This document shows, in pieces, positions 49,882-63,908 of a stretch of 64,000 nt of DNA. The position numbers were made by a program, and so were the translations under genes. Under the pieces are notes generated by a model. The model was not told the DNA's origin. It worked only from the letters and a program-made list of their open reading frames with translations, and made no database searches. Within the stretch, counting starts at the first letter, position 1, and every line of letters begins with the position of its first letter. This DNA is from Octopus sinensis (lineage: Eukaryota): NCBI RefSeq assembly GCF_006345805.1, contig NC_043019.1:21265360-21329359 (forward strand), given 5' to 3'.

Positions 49882-51529
49882 ATATACCCACTCTACTGAC
49901 ATATATGAGTGCATCTTTTCCCCGACTTATTGCCTCTTAGACGACAAAGGGTAAAAGTCACCTATGCATATCAGTCTCTTTGCTCCACACCATAGATATT
50001 GACCAAAAGAAAGGCAAATGCTGATACAGCTTGGCACCAGTGAAGTTGCAGTTCATTTCTACAGCTGAGTGAACTGGAGCAATGTGAAGTAAAGAGTCTT
50101 CCTCAAGAATACAACACATAGCACAGTCCAGGAATTGAACTCACAATTTCACAGTTGTAATCCCAATGCTCTCACCACAGAGCAATGCACCTTCATCATA
50201 AATATATATAATTTTTTTCTCTACACACATGCATAGTCATATATATATACATACACACATATGAATATATATAATTATGTATATGTGTAAATTTGTTACT
50301 GTAGTCAGTACATTCTTCAATATTCACAATTTCATGAATGAATGTATGTATATATATATCTATGTGAGTGTTTATATTTGGTACATTTATAGTCAGTGTG
50401 ACACATTAAATTTTTCAATACAATATGTGTGTGTGTGTGTGTAAGTGTGTTCCAAGAGAATTAGTAGCTTATAGAAAATAAAATCATAAATCAAAATTTT
50501 TTATTTCAAGAAACAAAACAAAAAATAAAAAAAACTGAAAAATTATTTTTGAAAGGACAATTAATTCATGATTTTATATTTTAGCCCAAAATGTTTTGCC
50601 TTCCTCACTTTTTTTTTTTGTCAATTTACCTTTATTTTAACACCTGATAAACATCCCACTTTTGTTGTATATTATATCCCGATTAGTATTTTTATGAAAT
50701 TATTATCACAATTTCATAATTTGATTGCAAAAAGCAAAAAAAAAAAATAGTACAAACAAAATTTTCTAATGAGTTTCTTATCCTCTCCCACCCACCACAA
50801 GTAATTAATGATGATTAATAATCTACTCAACTCTTCAGAACTGTTCTTCATTATCTTCAGCATTTGTGTCTGCATTCCAATATTCTACCTTTCCCCTGTT
50901 GTCACCAAAATCAATTTTATACCTGTTTCAGGAAACCTCTTATAGTTCTTTCTTCTGCCCATAGTTTATACATAATTGCATCTATATATATTGGGATGAT
51001 GTTAATCCTATTGGTGATGATTAGTAAGAAAAATATAAAGGAACGTCAGGGATGGGATTATTTACTTACCTTTTTCTTTTGTTTGTTGGATTTAATTGCT
51101 GGGTTAATTTGACTCTTCCATCAATCTAGTGATTGATAAATGAATGATACAACCAGTTTTGACCCCACACCACCATCACCACCACCACTTTACTCCCAAG
51201 TAAGAGAGTCTCTATGACATTGCTCGACTTGCAAGAAATAACAGCTGAAAACTCTACGTATCACACTATAATACACAATACAATGTGCATACAATATAAT
51301 GCTACTCTAGATACTCTTAAAAAATACAAAAAATGAAAGGGTTGCCATGGCTGGAATGCCTTTAATAATGGATTAACCAAATGATGACCTGAATTTTAAC
51401 AACATCAAAACTGCCCACATTGTTCCAATGTTCTCAGATACAAGCAGAGAAAAATCCTACTCATATAAATATATATATATATATATATAGATATATATAT
51501 ATATACATAAAACATGTACATACATAAAA

Positions 51530-51562
<33 letters not shown>

Positions 51563-51896
51563 TACATATCAACATATATACATAAAACATGTACATACAT
51601 ATAAATATATATATATATATATATATATCTGTATACATATATATATATAGGTAGGTAGATAAATAGAAAGATAGATAGACACATAGATAGATAGATGGAT
51701 AGATATAGTCCTTGTGTAGTTGGCTCTTTACCAAATGAGTTTTTATGATTTATAGTGAAGGAAAAGCTTGCAAAGAAATATACTTAGAAGTGGTAACTCT
51801 TCCGACCATCTATCCAACAAACTGTTCACAATCAATAGTTTATTTTCATGTAAGGTCTGGTTGAGAGAAACCTAATGATTGTCAAAGGAAATGTAA

Positions 51897-51937
<41 letters not shown>

Positions 51938-52343
51938 CTGGGCCTGGTGCAGCCTCCTGGCTTCCCAGACCCCAGTTGAACCGTCTAACCCATGCCAGCA
52001 TGGAAAACGGACGCTAAACGATGATGGTGATGATACACACACACAGATGCATATCATACATATGTGCATATATGTACATACATTTATATATATATATATA
52101 TATACACCACCACAATACAGCTAAACATACTCACATATGGATATATATATATACATACATGTATGTAAAAATATATTCATATAAATACATGTGTACATAC
52201 ATATACATACAAACGCATACACAAATGTATGTTTGTGAGTGATTGCTTTGGCGGTAGAGAAGTTAAATAAAAAAAAAGAAGCACTCAGATACATATTGAC
52301 ATCTCAGAATAAGGAATATATCTAATGCTAGGTCTCAGTAATA

Positions 52344-52754
52344 TACTCTCTTTTACTCTTTTACTTGTTTCAGTCATTTGACTGTGGCCATGCTGGAGCA
52401 CCGCCTTTAGTCGAGCAAATCGACCCCGGGATTTATTCTTTGTAAGCCTAGTACTTATTCTATCGGTCTCTTTTTTGCCGAACCGCTAAGTGACGGGGAT
52501 GTAAACACACCAGCATCGGTTGTCAAGCGATGCTAGGGGGACAAACACAGACAAACACAGACACACACATATATATATATATACATATATACGACAGGCT
52601 TCTTTCAGTTTCCGTCTACCAAATCCACTCACAAGGCATTGGTCAGCCCGGGGCTATAGCAGAAGACACTTGCCCAAGATGCCACGCAGTGGGACTGAAC
52701 CCGGAACCATGTGGTTGGTTAGCAAGCTACTTACCACACAGCCACTCCTGCGCC
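52344..52754 (-). mobile_element. SINE family A, full-length young copy
   Basis: Reverse complement of 13329-13719. Further diverged or partial copies at ~8282, 16778, 41510, 45440, 47170 and 60440. Confidence 0.9.
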
Positions 52755-53010
52755 TATTGTGGAACATGTATAGAACACTTACATTTAGGACTGAGTTTCT
52801 GTGCCAACAATTCAATGAATATTGCACCACATCGGCTTATGGAGGTTTAATGCATACTTGTAGTGTGCTCAATATGGGAGTGAACAATGTTGGTATTACA
52901 AGCATGCATTAAACTTATATAAGCTGATGAGGGGCAATGTTCACTGAATTGTTGGTATAGAAACACAGTCTTGAACATGTTTCATATCTGTATCATTTAA
53001 TAAATTTAGT

Positions 53011-53047
<37 letters not shown>

Positions 53048-53369
53048 CACTGTGATTGACAAGGCTATCAGATGTTGTTACACATCGCTGGTCACAATGC
53101 GCTCTGCATTGTTTTAGCCTTTAAATGACGCCACCCCGCTGGCTAAGTGGGCAGGCCAATATATATATATATGTATATATATATATATTTCCATGTTAGA
53201 GGTTGGGAAGCCAACCAACTAAGGGATAGTACCTATCCAATATACTGCTGGTAGTGTAGCCAATTATTACTACTCAAACACTGGTTATTGTGTGGCAATT
53301 TCACAATAAAGTGTCATATATGGGCGGGGGGTAAAAAGTGGTTTACCCTTAATATATATGGCAAAAACG

Positions 53370-53656
53370 AAAATAGAGAGGACACAAAAATGACATACAT
53401 CAGCCGGTAGACATTCTATTATGTCTATTTATTCTAAAACATAAGGAAGTGTTATAATATATACACATGCAAAGACTGTGTGCTACATATGTACTGGTAA
53501 TACATAAAAGATTAAAAGAGTACTCTTTTATGAATTACTAGTACATATGTGTATATATTCTTATAATACCTCCTTATGTTTTAGAATAAATAGACATAAT
53601 AGAATATAGAATGTCTACTGGCTGATGTATGTCATTTTTGTACCCCCTCCTATTTT
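53370..53656. repeat. ~285-bp imperfect fold-back centred on AAAAGAGTACTCTTTT
   Basis: Arms align along almost their whole length with a few indels. Confidence 0.9.
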
Positions 53657-53664
53657 CTTTTCTG

Positions 53665-53719
<55 letters not shown>

Positions 53720-55113
53720 CATACATACATATATATACATACATACATATACATACATACATATATATATATATGCACATACTCAATCCTAATTCATAGC
53801 ATGAACGCAAAATGGATTATGAAATACAAATAATTAGAAAATGAATTACTTAATTAAATCTCAATAGACGTTGCATAATTTTCTTTCTAGGTGGCAGAGG
53901 TGCAGAAAGAAAATATATCTAAGAGATTTACAAGAGATAACAGTAGAATTACCTGGTGCACACAAATGCTTTACCTATCATGCATACATATGCATTTGCA
54001 TCTGCGCATATATATATATATGTACATACACACATACACATTCATATAAGTATCTGTATGTATGGATGTGAATATATATATATATATATATATGTGTATA
54101 TATATATATATGTATACACATATGTGTGTGATGTAATTAGATGATCTTGTACATTAGTAAAAACAAACTCTTAGTTTAGTGAACACAGAATCATGCATTG
54201 ATTAACCTAGAACTGCAACAAGTTGTCTGTTAATTATTATTATTAGTATTATTATTATTAACGCTGTCATCTTCATTATCATCATTGGAAATTAAAAATT
54301 AAATAGTGAAAACTGTAAAGAAAATCTACCTTTTTAAAACATTGCGTTGAACATTCATGGATTCCCTTGAGATACCTTAGGTAAAAATCAAAAATATTTT
54401 ACATAAAAATTACTAATTAGGTGAGGTTGACAGTTTATTTGCATATAAGACCTCAGTTTTGTTGGATCTGAGTAAAGAAGACTGTGTGGTCTCCATACAT
54501 TGCCAAAGGTACACAAGAGAAATGAAATGTCATTGAACACGAAGTAAAACCTGGCAGCTGAAAGCTTACCTCTTCCTTCATGCATCAGAGATCTGCTTTC
54601 CTGGTAAGTGATTAGATCTAAGATTGTATTTTGAAGCTAAAACAATTACAGCATGGAAGACACATGTTAGCCACTCAGATACACAGATAAGTTGCTAGCT
54701 TCACTTAAACATTTATTATTTGGTGCAACGAAAATTCTGACACCAAATAATAGATGATTAAGTGAAGTTAACTGTTTTTGTGCGTTTCTGAATGGCTAAT
54801 ATGCATATTTCATGCTTTAATCATTATATTCTGCACTTCAGCCCAAAGTCTGTGGCTATGCTGGGACACTATCAGTGCATAAATGATTGATTTTTAAGTG
54901 ACACTCTGTGTCACCAACAATTAATTATCCAAATCAGAATTTTTAGAAAATTGATAATTTCGCACTAACTTAGATTCTATGAACTCACCTATATAATTTT
55001 TTAAAAGTGTGGCTGTATCTGTGTCTGTATTTCTTTGGGCAATGAGTTGCTGTGAAGTTTTATTTATATTTTTACACAACAGCATTAGTGACACAGTTGC
55101 TGTGAAATAGCTT

Positions 55114-55568
55114 TAACTCTTTTGATACTAACCTGCCTGAGATTGCCACTGGTCCTTTGATACAAACCTCCTGCTTTAAACTGATTTAAATTAAGACCTT
55201 CTTCCATAAAAATTTCTTGTTGATTTATGCTTCAGACACCAGCTTAATAATAAGTTATTTTACTAAATTCATTATTTTAAAAATTAACTGGAATAAAGGC
55301 AGTGTATTTCAATATAAATGTGGAAACAAAAGGATTAAATATTGTGTGTTTGTGTGCTGTAACTCACCTGAGACTGCTCCCTAGCTCTCTTATACAAACT
55401 TTCTATTTTAAAGTGATCTAAAGTAAAACCTTCCATCAACATTTTCTCTAATTTATGTTCCAAACACCAGTTTAATAATGATAAATTTACGTAACTAAAT
55501 TCTTCGTTATTTTCAGATTTAATTGAAACAAAGTGTATTTCAACAGAATAATGTAACAAAAGGGTTAA
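55114..55568. mobile_element. Tandem pair of TTAA-type MITE family 3 copies
   Basis: TAACTCTTTTGATACTAAC...GTAACAAAAGGGTTAA. Related copies at 38443-38670 and 39755-39968. Confidence 0.6.
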
Positions 55569-56729
55569 TTATAAAAATGAAAACAAAGCTCAGTTATTTT
55601 AAAATACAAACAAATATATTCACATATACTGGTTATGTTTTGTTTTACAGAAAACAGGTAACATTTTTTTTTTATTATTTTAATAAAAAAAACCCAAACA
55701 AATAGAAAACAAAATATATATAAAGAAAAAAAAAACAAGTAAAGAAAAATAGTTACCTGGTTTGAATGAAGATGGAGGTGGTGGTGGGGAAATTAAAAAG
55801 ACGACTAAAGTGATGAAATAAGGAAGAAAATATATTTAAAAACAAAATCCCAACAACTCCAACCCCAATTTAAAATTAATAAACGACAGGCACTAAGATA
55901 GGATAAAGAGATCCCAAGAACTTTTCAACAGAATCCATGTGTTATCGATATGTAAGGAATTTAATTGAAAATTCTGTAAATTTGAATTATTATTATTATT
56001 TTACATTTCTTTTGGAATCTACTCTTCTTTTGAGAAGTTTTATCCTTCTACCCACAACCTGGCAGTTTTTTTCCCCCCCATATTAATTTTTTGAGTTTCA
56101 AAACTCAATGATGAAATTGTTCAAATTATATTTCTTCTCTTAAATTTAGAAATTTTTTTTTGTTTTTAAAAATTTATTGAAAGTATTAATAGTTTCTTCT
56201 GGGGATTCAAAAAAAAAAATAAATAAAGGGTAAGGTTGGAATCGATTAGTAATAACTATTTAAATTTTTTTATAATAATGAATAAATTAGAAAAAATGGC
56301 TGCTACCATGATTTCATTTAAGGAAATTGAAATTTATATATAGTAAAATAGAAGGGTTTGGATGGGGTGGGACTGGAGGTATGATGTGGTGGGTTGAGTG
56401 TGGAGGAAAGAGAACCAGAAGAACAGTGTAATGTTTCATGGTATATGTATCTTATTCTAGAGGATATTGCAATTTAGGAAAGTTAAAATATAGATAATTA
56501 CTCAATCTTGAAAATGTGATATAGGCTATCCGAAAAAAAAAAAAGCAAAATAAAAAACCCAAGAAGACCCTCAAAAAGACCCTGATCAACACAATTACCA
56601 GTTATTAACAGGAATATCTTGTCATCGACTAAACCGATAAATGGTAAAAGTTCCATATTTCTCTTTATTTCATTGTTTGTTTTTCAAGTTCATTTTGTGT
56701 CTCTTCTCCTGTGTTGTTTGTTTATTATT

Positions 56730-56762
<33 letters not shown>

Positions 56763-57191
56763 GTTGTTATTATTATTTTTACCTTAGAATTTTATAAATT
56801 ATCTTTGGTAACAAAAGTGAAGTCAAATGAGCCTAGAAAATATTCCAGTGGATGACAAAATTAAATTTCTTCTTTTTTGTGACCCTTTTTTTAGCTGTTT
56901 TTGTTTTTAATATTTTTTACAATTTTAGAGTTAAATTATTAAAATTTATCGCCAACATAAAATGCATATTCCGGATATTTGTCTTTCAAATAAAATTTTA
57001 AAACAACATTTTTTTCTCCATTTTTTAATTTTTTAATTTTTTTAGTTAATATGTGAATAATTTTTAATTTTTCTATTGTTGATTTCTCCATTGGTTATTT
57101 TCCCCTCCCCCACTAAAACATATAAAGCATGGTCCATAATGCTCCAAACAAATGGATATTTCTTCACATTTTTATGTATGTGTGTGTGTGC

Positions 57192-57232
<41 letters not shown>

Positions 57233-57242
57233 GCTTTATCTT

Positions 57243-57519
57243 TTAGGAGGTGATTGTGAGTGTAACTTTCCCTTGTGCATTCTTCAAAATGGAAACTGCT
57301 TCTTCATGAGTAACACCATCGAGGCTGACTCCATTTACTGTATGAATTCTGTCTCCACGCTTCAGTTGCCCATCTGCTTCAGCAGCCCCTGTTGCAAACA
57401 CTGTTTTCACATAGATTGGTAAATCCCCATGTGGGCTGCCTCGACCGCCAACTATTGAAAATCCTAAACCTTCTGCTCCTCGTTCCAACACAATTAACCG
57501 TACTATCTGATCATCCAAT
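57243..57519 (-). CDS. MPDZ: Terminal exon of MPDZ/PATJ-like multi-PDZ scaffold: last PDZ domain
   Basis: LDDQIVRLIVLERGAEGLGFSIVGGRGSPHGDLPIYVKTVFATGAAEADGQLKRGDRIHTVNGVSLDGVTHEEAVSILKNAQGKVTLTITS*. GLGF loop plus the GSPHGDLPIYVKTVF signature of the C-terminal PDZ of MPDZ/PATJ. Acceptor ttgttcatgtttcag| at 57520-57522, phase 2. Confidence 0.93.
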
Positions 57520-58027
57520 CTGAAACATGAACAAAAGCAGCTATTAGTTACATAATTTCTTTACTTCAGAGGTGAGTTATTATTAATATATTAGTAGGGT
57601 GGCAGGCTGGCAGAATCGTCAGCATGCCAGGTGAAATGCCTGGTGGTATTTTGTCTGCTGTTATGTTCTGAGTTCAAATTCGGCCGAGGTCGACTTTGCT
57701 TCTCATTCTTTTGGGGTCGATAAATTAAGTACCAGTTGCATACTGGGGTCGATCTAATTGACTGGCCCCCTCCTTCAAACATTTCAGGTCTTGTACCTTG
57801 AGTAGAAAAAATTATTAGTATACTAGTATTACAGGGAATCACAGCACAAGTGTTTTCATTGTGACACCTAGAAGTGGTCAAAATGGAGTTCCTCCAAAGG
57901 GTCCCTGGAGTAATGTTACTCAACAGGATGCATAGCTCAATGATCAAGGAGTATCTCCAAGTCAAATCACTACTTCTCTGCATTGAAAGATCACAGTTCT
58001 GGTACCCACTATAGGATACCATGTTAA

Positions 58028-58335
58028 CCCCTTACCCAACAATTATTTTGAAAATAAATGTATTTTTTCAGACATATTTTTTAATTGTTTTATTTTACTA
58101 TGTTGTGAATGGTGATTTCGAGGTATATTTCAAACCTTATTTATTATGAATTTTAATTCAATAATATTGATTTTAAATTACCGCTTTGGGCAGAAACGAG
58201 TTAACCCATTTTTAGACGAAGGAACTCGTTTGCTGTCGATTTTGGCGAATCTATCTTTTGACGAGTTAACTCGCCAGAGATAGAAAAAAACGATTTCGGT
58301 CAAAACGCATATATTCGTTTCTGCCGGGTAAGGGG
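58028..58335. mobile_element. Young piggyBac-like non-autonomous element in the last MPDZ-like intron
   Basis: TTAA|CCCCTTACCC...GGGTAAGGGG|TTAA (TSD 58024-58027 and 58336-58339); CpG-rich right half. Confidence 0.75.
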
Positions 58336-58664
58336 TTAAAAGCACTGGTGATGGTGTCACATAAAAAGTACCCAGTACACTCAGTAAAATGGTTGTCATT
58401 AGGAAGGGCATCCAGCTGTAGAAACCAAGCTATGGAACCTGATGTGGCCCTTGGCCTTGCCAGTCCCGGTCAAGCAATTTAACCCATGCTAATATGGAAA
58501 ACAGATATTAAATGTTGTTGTTGATGATGATGACAAACCAATTTATTCCACTTTCAAACTGATAAGACAAGGGTTGGGAGGGGGAGCATACAATCATAAG
58601 TCACGGTTAAAAAAGAATTAGATAAAAAAATAAATGTTGGAAAGAGGAAACTGTTTCTACTTAC

Positions 58665-58770
58665 TGATGACTCTCTAAAAGTTCTTCAATGGCTTCGTCA
58701 GTGAACGACGCTGTTTCACTAGGTGGACGTGAAGGTGAACGACCGTTAACGTTCACTTTTCTATCTTCTC
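58665..58770 (-). CDS. MPDZ: Penultimate exon of MPDZ/PATJ-like gene (linker GEDRKVNVNGRSPSRPPSETASFTDEAIEELLESHQ)
   Basis: Acceptor gtttacttacag|, donor |gtaagt; 106 nt, phase 1 to 2. Stop-free and joins CA|A to the PDZ exon in frame. Confidence 0.85.
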
Positions 58771-59643
58771 CTGTAAGTAAACAATTACAAAAAAGTATAT
58801 GAGTGAGGTGTTTATCTTCACATGGAAGAAGACAGGGCCCAAAGACCCTTTACAGGGCCTCTGATACTGATGCTTGCAACAGAGTGGACCCCGTTAAAGA
58901 CATTCAAAAACCAGGTGCTGGTGGAGTTAAACGACATGATGAATTAAATCTACTACTTATGTAGGATAAGGTGGGACTTGAACTGACAATACCAAGAGCC
59001 AGAACTAATATCACATGGCATTCTGTCTGATGCTCTACCATCCAAAACTGGTATTCTACTTTGTCAACCTTGAAAGAATGAAAGGTAAAGTTGGCATTGG
59101 TGGGATTTGAACTAAGAACACTGGAATGAATACTACAAGCTATTTTGTCCAGTGCTCTAACAACTCCACTAATGAGCTGCTTATAAATAAATATTAGAAT
59201 TAGAACTGGTTAAGTTTATGAAAGGGCTCTACATGGTTGGATGATGACTGGCTAGAAATAACAGCCATGTCTTCTTTCAATCATATTTTATTGTTTCAGA
59301 AAAGAAAGACACATTGAATGATGATACATTATATTTAGGCAAAACAAAAGGTTGGAGGGAGGGAGGTGATTGGTTACAGCTGGAATGCCTTTGATCATAA
59401 GTCAGCTCAATCAAGTAATCTCTAGTGGTCAATCACAACAGTTATTATTATTATTATTTCAGCAGTCAAATTTTTACTGTATTCTTTCACTGCATGACCA
59501 AATGTAGGCTTTGATCTGGGTGAATGCAGCATTTAGTTTTATTTTATTGTTTCCTTGCTCTACTGAACTATTGTTACACAATGTATATGCAGATGTTAAT
59601 AGTGCTACTATCTATAATATCATTAATATTCTACAAACATTAT

Positions 59644-59676
<33 letters not shown>

Positions 59677-59677
59677 C

Positions 59678-59709
<32 letters not shown>

Positions 59710-59713
59710 ATAT

Positions 59714-59744
<31 letters not shown>

Positions 59745-61306
59745 TGATATGCTTGAGAAGACCTGTTGAATGAAGTAAAACCAATATCGTAGCTGTGGCA
59801 AGTGCCTCCTGACTGGCTCCCATGCTGGTGGCACGTAAAAAGCACCATACGAACGTGGTTCATGCCAGGTCCACCTGACTGGCTTCCGTGCTGGTGGCAC
59901 GTAAAAAGCACCATCCAGATTTGGCTGATGCCAGTACCCACTGACAGGCCATCGTGCCAGTGGCATGTAAAAAGCACCCACTACACCCTCGGAGTGGTTG
60001 GCATTAGGAAGAGCATCCAGCTGTAGAAATATTGCGAGGTCAGATTGGAGCCATCCAACCTATGCCAGCATGGAAAATGGACATTAAACAATGATGATGA
60101 TGATATATAATATATATATATATACAAATTCATTTGTTAAATTGTATACATGACTATGAACTAAATGGAGTGAAAGCCATGCAGGAGTGGTAAAGGGAAT
60201 GGTGGTGGTGGTGATGATGTAATAGTGATGATAATGATGATGGTAGTGGTAATGATGATGACCATGGAGACGGAATGCAGAGGTTATGAATCACAGTGGA
60301 CAACATGCTGTCCTCTTAGACAAGTTTCTTAATGCTTCATATCCTACTCTTTAGTAATCTAGTAACATAATTTGTATGATAATGTACTCACAGAAAACAA
60401 TGTAAAACCCAGTATTATCTATTTGTGTATGTATGTACACATACATGTTCATGGCTACATGGCTAAGAGGTTAAAAAATTTACATCTCACTACTCTGCAT
60501 AACACCTTGGGCAAGTGTTTTCACCCACAGCCTGTGTCCAACACAAGCATTGTGACTGAAACTGGCTAGATGGAAAATGTGTAGATTGCACTATCAGATG
60601 GATGGCACCAAAGTCTCTATGACACATTGTGCTTTGTTGTACAGATTTTGTCTGGGGTTTATGTTAAGGCTACAAGTATCTGTGAAATAGTTGCCCATTG
60701 GACACTGTAATGCAAGAAGTAGGCAGCTCAACTGTTCAGAATATACAACGGGACATAGCTGAACCTTTTAAATTTCTGGTACAATACATTTGAGGTGTTG
60801 AGTTTCTGTACAGTTTCCATCTACCTAAATTCATATTACATAATGTAGTCCTAGATACAAAAACCAGGAGATAGATGGGATGGTCATAGCTGGAACATCA
60901 CCTTTGATTACAGGCCTCACCTGACACTAAACAACTACAAGCCTCCACTTGCTTGCCTGATCTGCTAGACATAGCAGCTAAATCTTTCTTATACAAAGCT
61001 ATTATTTTATAAAAGAATGCATAATGGATAATGTAGTCAGAGATGAAGAAGGTCACACTATTCCTGAAAGAGAAAAAGAGAGACAAAATGCGTTGGTCAC
61101 AACTTGAAGCCTTTTGATCAAGTCTGCTCAATCTGGATTGAGCTGGGGCAAAATATAAAGAACAATTTGCATGCATGTCTTAGTGAGGTTAGTATATTTT
61201 TTTATTTGTTGCAGTGCAGTAGTGCATTTGAAGCAGTGAGCTGCACAGTTTAGCTGTAACAATAAAAGTTAAAGAGTGATAATCTGCAGTTGTGCTCATT
61301 GCTTAC

Positions 61307-61336
61307 CTGGGACTCTCAGTCTACTTCTACTACGAC
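61307..61336 (-). CDS. MPDZ: Candidate 30-nt symmetric microexon of MPDZ/PATJ-like gene (xRSRSRLRVPG)
   Basis: Acceptor gttgttgccatcctaattag|, strong donor CAG|gtaagc; phase 1 to 1, matching the phase-1 entry of exon 58665-58770. Confidence 0.55.
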
Positions 61337-63664
61337 CTAATTAGGATGGCAACAACATAAACAGAATAAATGAATTAATTATAAATAAAGAAGTTTTGTT
61401 TTGTTTTTTCTGCAAACTTTCCAAATTTTCATCTTTAATATGTACCAGCAGATTCAATGAGAATACGCTAGTTGCTGTTGTATTTCCACAGTGGAGAACA
61501 ACTCCTTTAACCCTTTCGTTACCAACCCGGGTGAAACCAGCTCTGGCTCTGAGTCCAAATGTCTTGTTTTCATAAGTTTTGAATTGAAATCTTCCACCAA
61601 ACCTTAGTCACAATTTATGTTCCTAACACTAGCTAAATGATAACCAAGTTATTTTACGAAATTCTCTATTATATTTAAAGTAATTGAAAGAAACACAGAG
61701 CACCTCAAAATAAATACAGTAACGAAAGGGTTAAAACACCAGTGTTTTGACCTTTTGTATGTCTCAGTAAATGACACCCCAGACCAATGACTCAAACTAA
61801 AGGTTTTGGGCTCTTCATGTTAGGATTTAGCAAACAAGTTATTTCCCAATGTCAGCCAACTGATGATAAATTATTTTCATGGTAAGTAGAGAGAATCTAA
61901 ACTACAAAGGTATTTTACAATGAAACTAGAAACTTAAAAATCAAAATCTGTGATACTGATTTTTCTGTGATACTCAGGGATTGTTATTGCGATATGTAGA
62001 CAAACGACAACAATAATATACCTTCAATAACAACAAAAATTATTATCTTAAAATATCTTTAGTAGTAGTAGTAGTAAATCTTTCAACTATAGGTAGAAGG
62101 CCTGAAATTTTAGGGGAAGTGGCTCGCTGACTATATCAACCCTAGTGCTCAACTGGTACTTGATTCAGGTACAAAGCCAGTAATTTTGAGGTGAAGCAGT
62201 TAGTCAATACCACTGGCCCCAGAGCTTGATCTGTACTCCATTTTGTATACCCTCAGAGGGATGAAAGGCAAAGTTGATCCAGGTAGGATTTGAACTCAAA
62301 ACATAAAGAGCCAGAAGAAATATTGCAAAGCATTTTGTCCAACATTCTGCCGCTCATTGCCTAAACAACAACAACAGAATTTCTAATTAATATAAGTAAT
62401 AGTAACGATCTCAAATTTCGGTAGAAGGTGAGTAGTTTAGGGAAATGGGTTTAGTTGATTATATTGAACCCAGTATTTGATAAGTTCTGAAAGGATAAAA
62501 GGCTAAGTTGACTTTAGTGGAATTTGAACTTGGAATGTAGAGAACTGAAAGAAATACTGCTTAGCATTTTTGCCTGATGCACTAATGCTAGCAGTAATAA
62601 TAACAACAACAAATATCCTTATTTTGTTGTTATTATTAAGGTGGCAAACGGGCAGAGTTGTAACTGATCTAAACAAATGCCTAGTGGCATTTCTACAAGT
62701 TTTGTGTATTGAGCTCAAATTTGCCTTTCATCCTTTTGGGGTTGTTAAAATAAATACCAGTTAAGAGCACTGGGGATCAATGTACTTGACTAGCCCCTCC
62801 CCACAAAATTTCAGGCCTTGCACTTGTTGTAGAAAGAATCATTATTATTAGTTTTGATTCAGATTGTCAGATTACCCTTTTGATTAAATGATCAGCTATT
62901 AAGAACACAGATACAGAATCTTTAATAATGGAATTAAAAAATAAAACCCAGCTTTTTCCTTTGTAATTAGACATATTGACATTTTTCAATTTTTAGATTC
63001 AATGAAGAATGAAAAATTATTGAAAACATAATTGTATAACTACAAAATTAAAATAACATAAATTAAATTAAATGATTTTTCCTTCTTTTATTCAAAAAGA
63101 ACTGAATATTAAATTGCACAATCAGAGTAATAATAAGAATTGTTTCAAATTTTGGCACAAGGCCAACAATTTTAAGGAGCGTGGGCAAGTGAATTACACT
63201 GAATCCCTGTGCTCAACTGGTACTTATTTTATTGGCTTCAAAAGGATGAAAGGCAAAACTGATCTTAGTGGAATTTGAACTCTTAACCTAAAGAACCAGA
63301 AGTTATGCCACTAAGCATTTTGACCAATGTGCTAACAAGTCTATCAGTTCACTATCTTAATAATAATTATAAGAGTGGCAGGGGATTTTCTGTTTTAAAA
63401 GGATTGTAAAACTGCTTCCATCTAAAGCTACTTGCTACAAATTGTGTGTGTTTCATGCAAAGAAAATCAAAAAGACAGAAGGTACAAGGGAGGGGAATTT
63501 ACAGAAGATGAATTAAGGTAAGAGGGAGAAAGAAGTTAGAATATGACGTGTGGTGGAGAGGGAAACAAAGTGATTGGAGTGACATTGTAGAAGAGCAAGG
63601 AGAAGTAGGAGAGACTAGTATTGTAACTAGTAGTGGGAAGAGGGAGAGAGAGGGAAGGCTAATT

Positions 63665-63908
63665 GTAGAAAGTGTATTTCTTTACTGCCCACAAGGGGCA
63701 AAACATAGAGGGGACAAACAAGAACAGACAAAGGGATTAAGTTGATTACATCGATCCCAATGGGAAACTGGTACTTTATTTATCGACCCCGAAAGGATGA
63801 AAGGCAAAGTCGACCTCGGTGGAATTTGAACTCAGAACGTAACAACAGATGAAATATGGCTACGCATTTCGCCCGGCGTGCTAATGTTTCTGCCAGCTCA
63901 CCGCCTTT
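63665..63908 (-). mobile_element. SINE family B, full-length young copy in an MPDZ-like intron
   Basis: Reverse complement of 21568-21797. Confidence 0.85.

Noticed and set aside
54560-54612. Opposing strong splice-donor-like motifs (GAG|GTAAGC minus; CTG|GTAAGT plus)
   Set aside because: No matching acceptor or coding signal; such hexamers are expected by chance in 64 kb.
57591-58022. 143-aa minus-strand ORF inside the last MPDZ-like intron
   Set aside because: Its 3' half is antisense SINE family B sequence; no domain signature.
60926-61064. Possible extra MPDZ-like exon ending in TCAG|GTGAGG
   Set aside because: Overlaps a dispersed repeat. Phase-1 readings hit stops, and the long open reading is incompatible with the phase-1 exit of the 61307 microexon.
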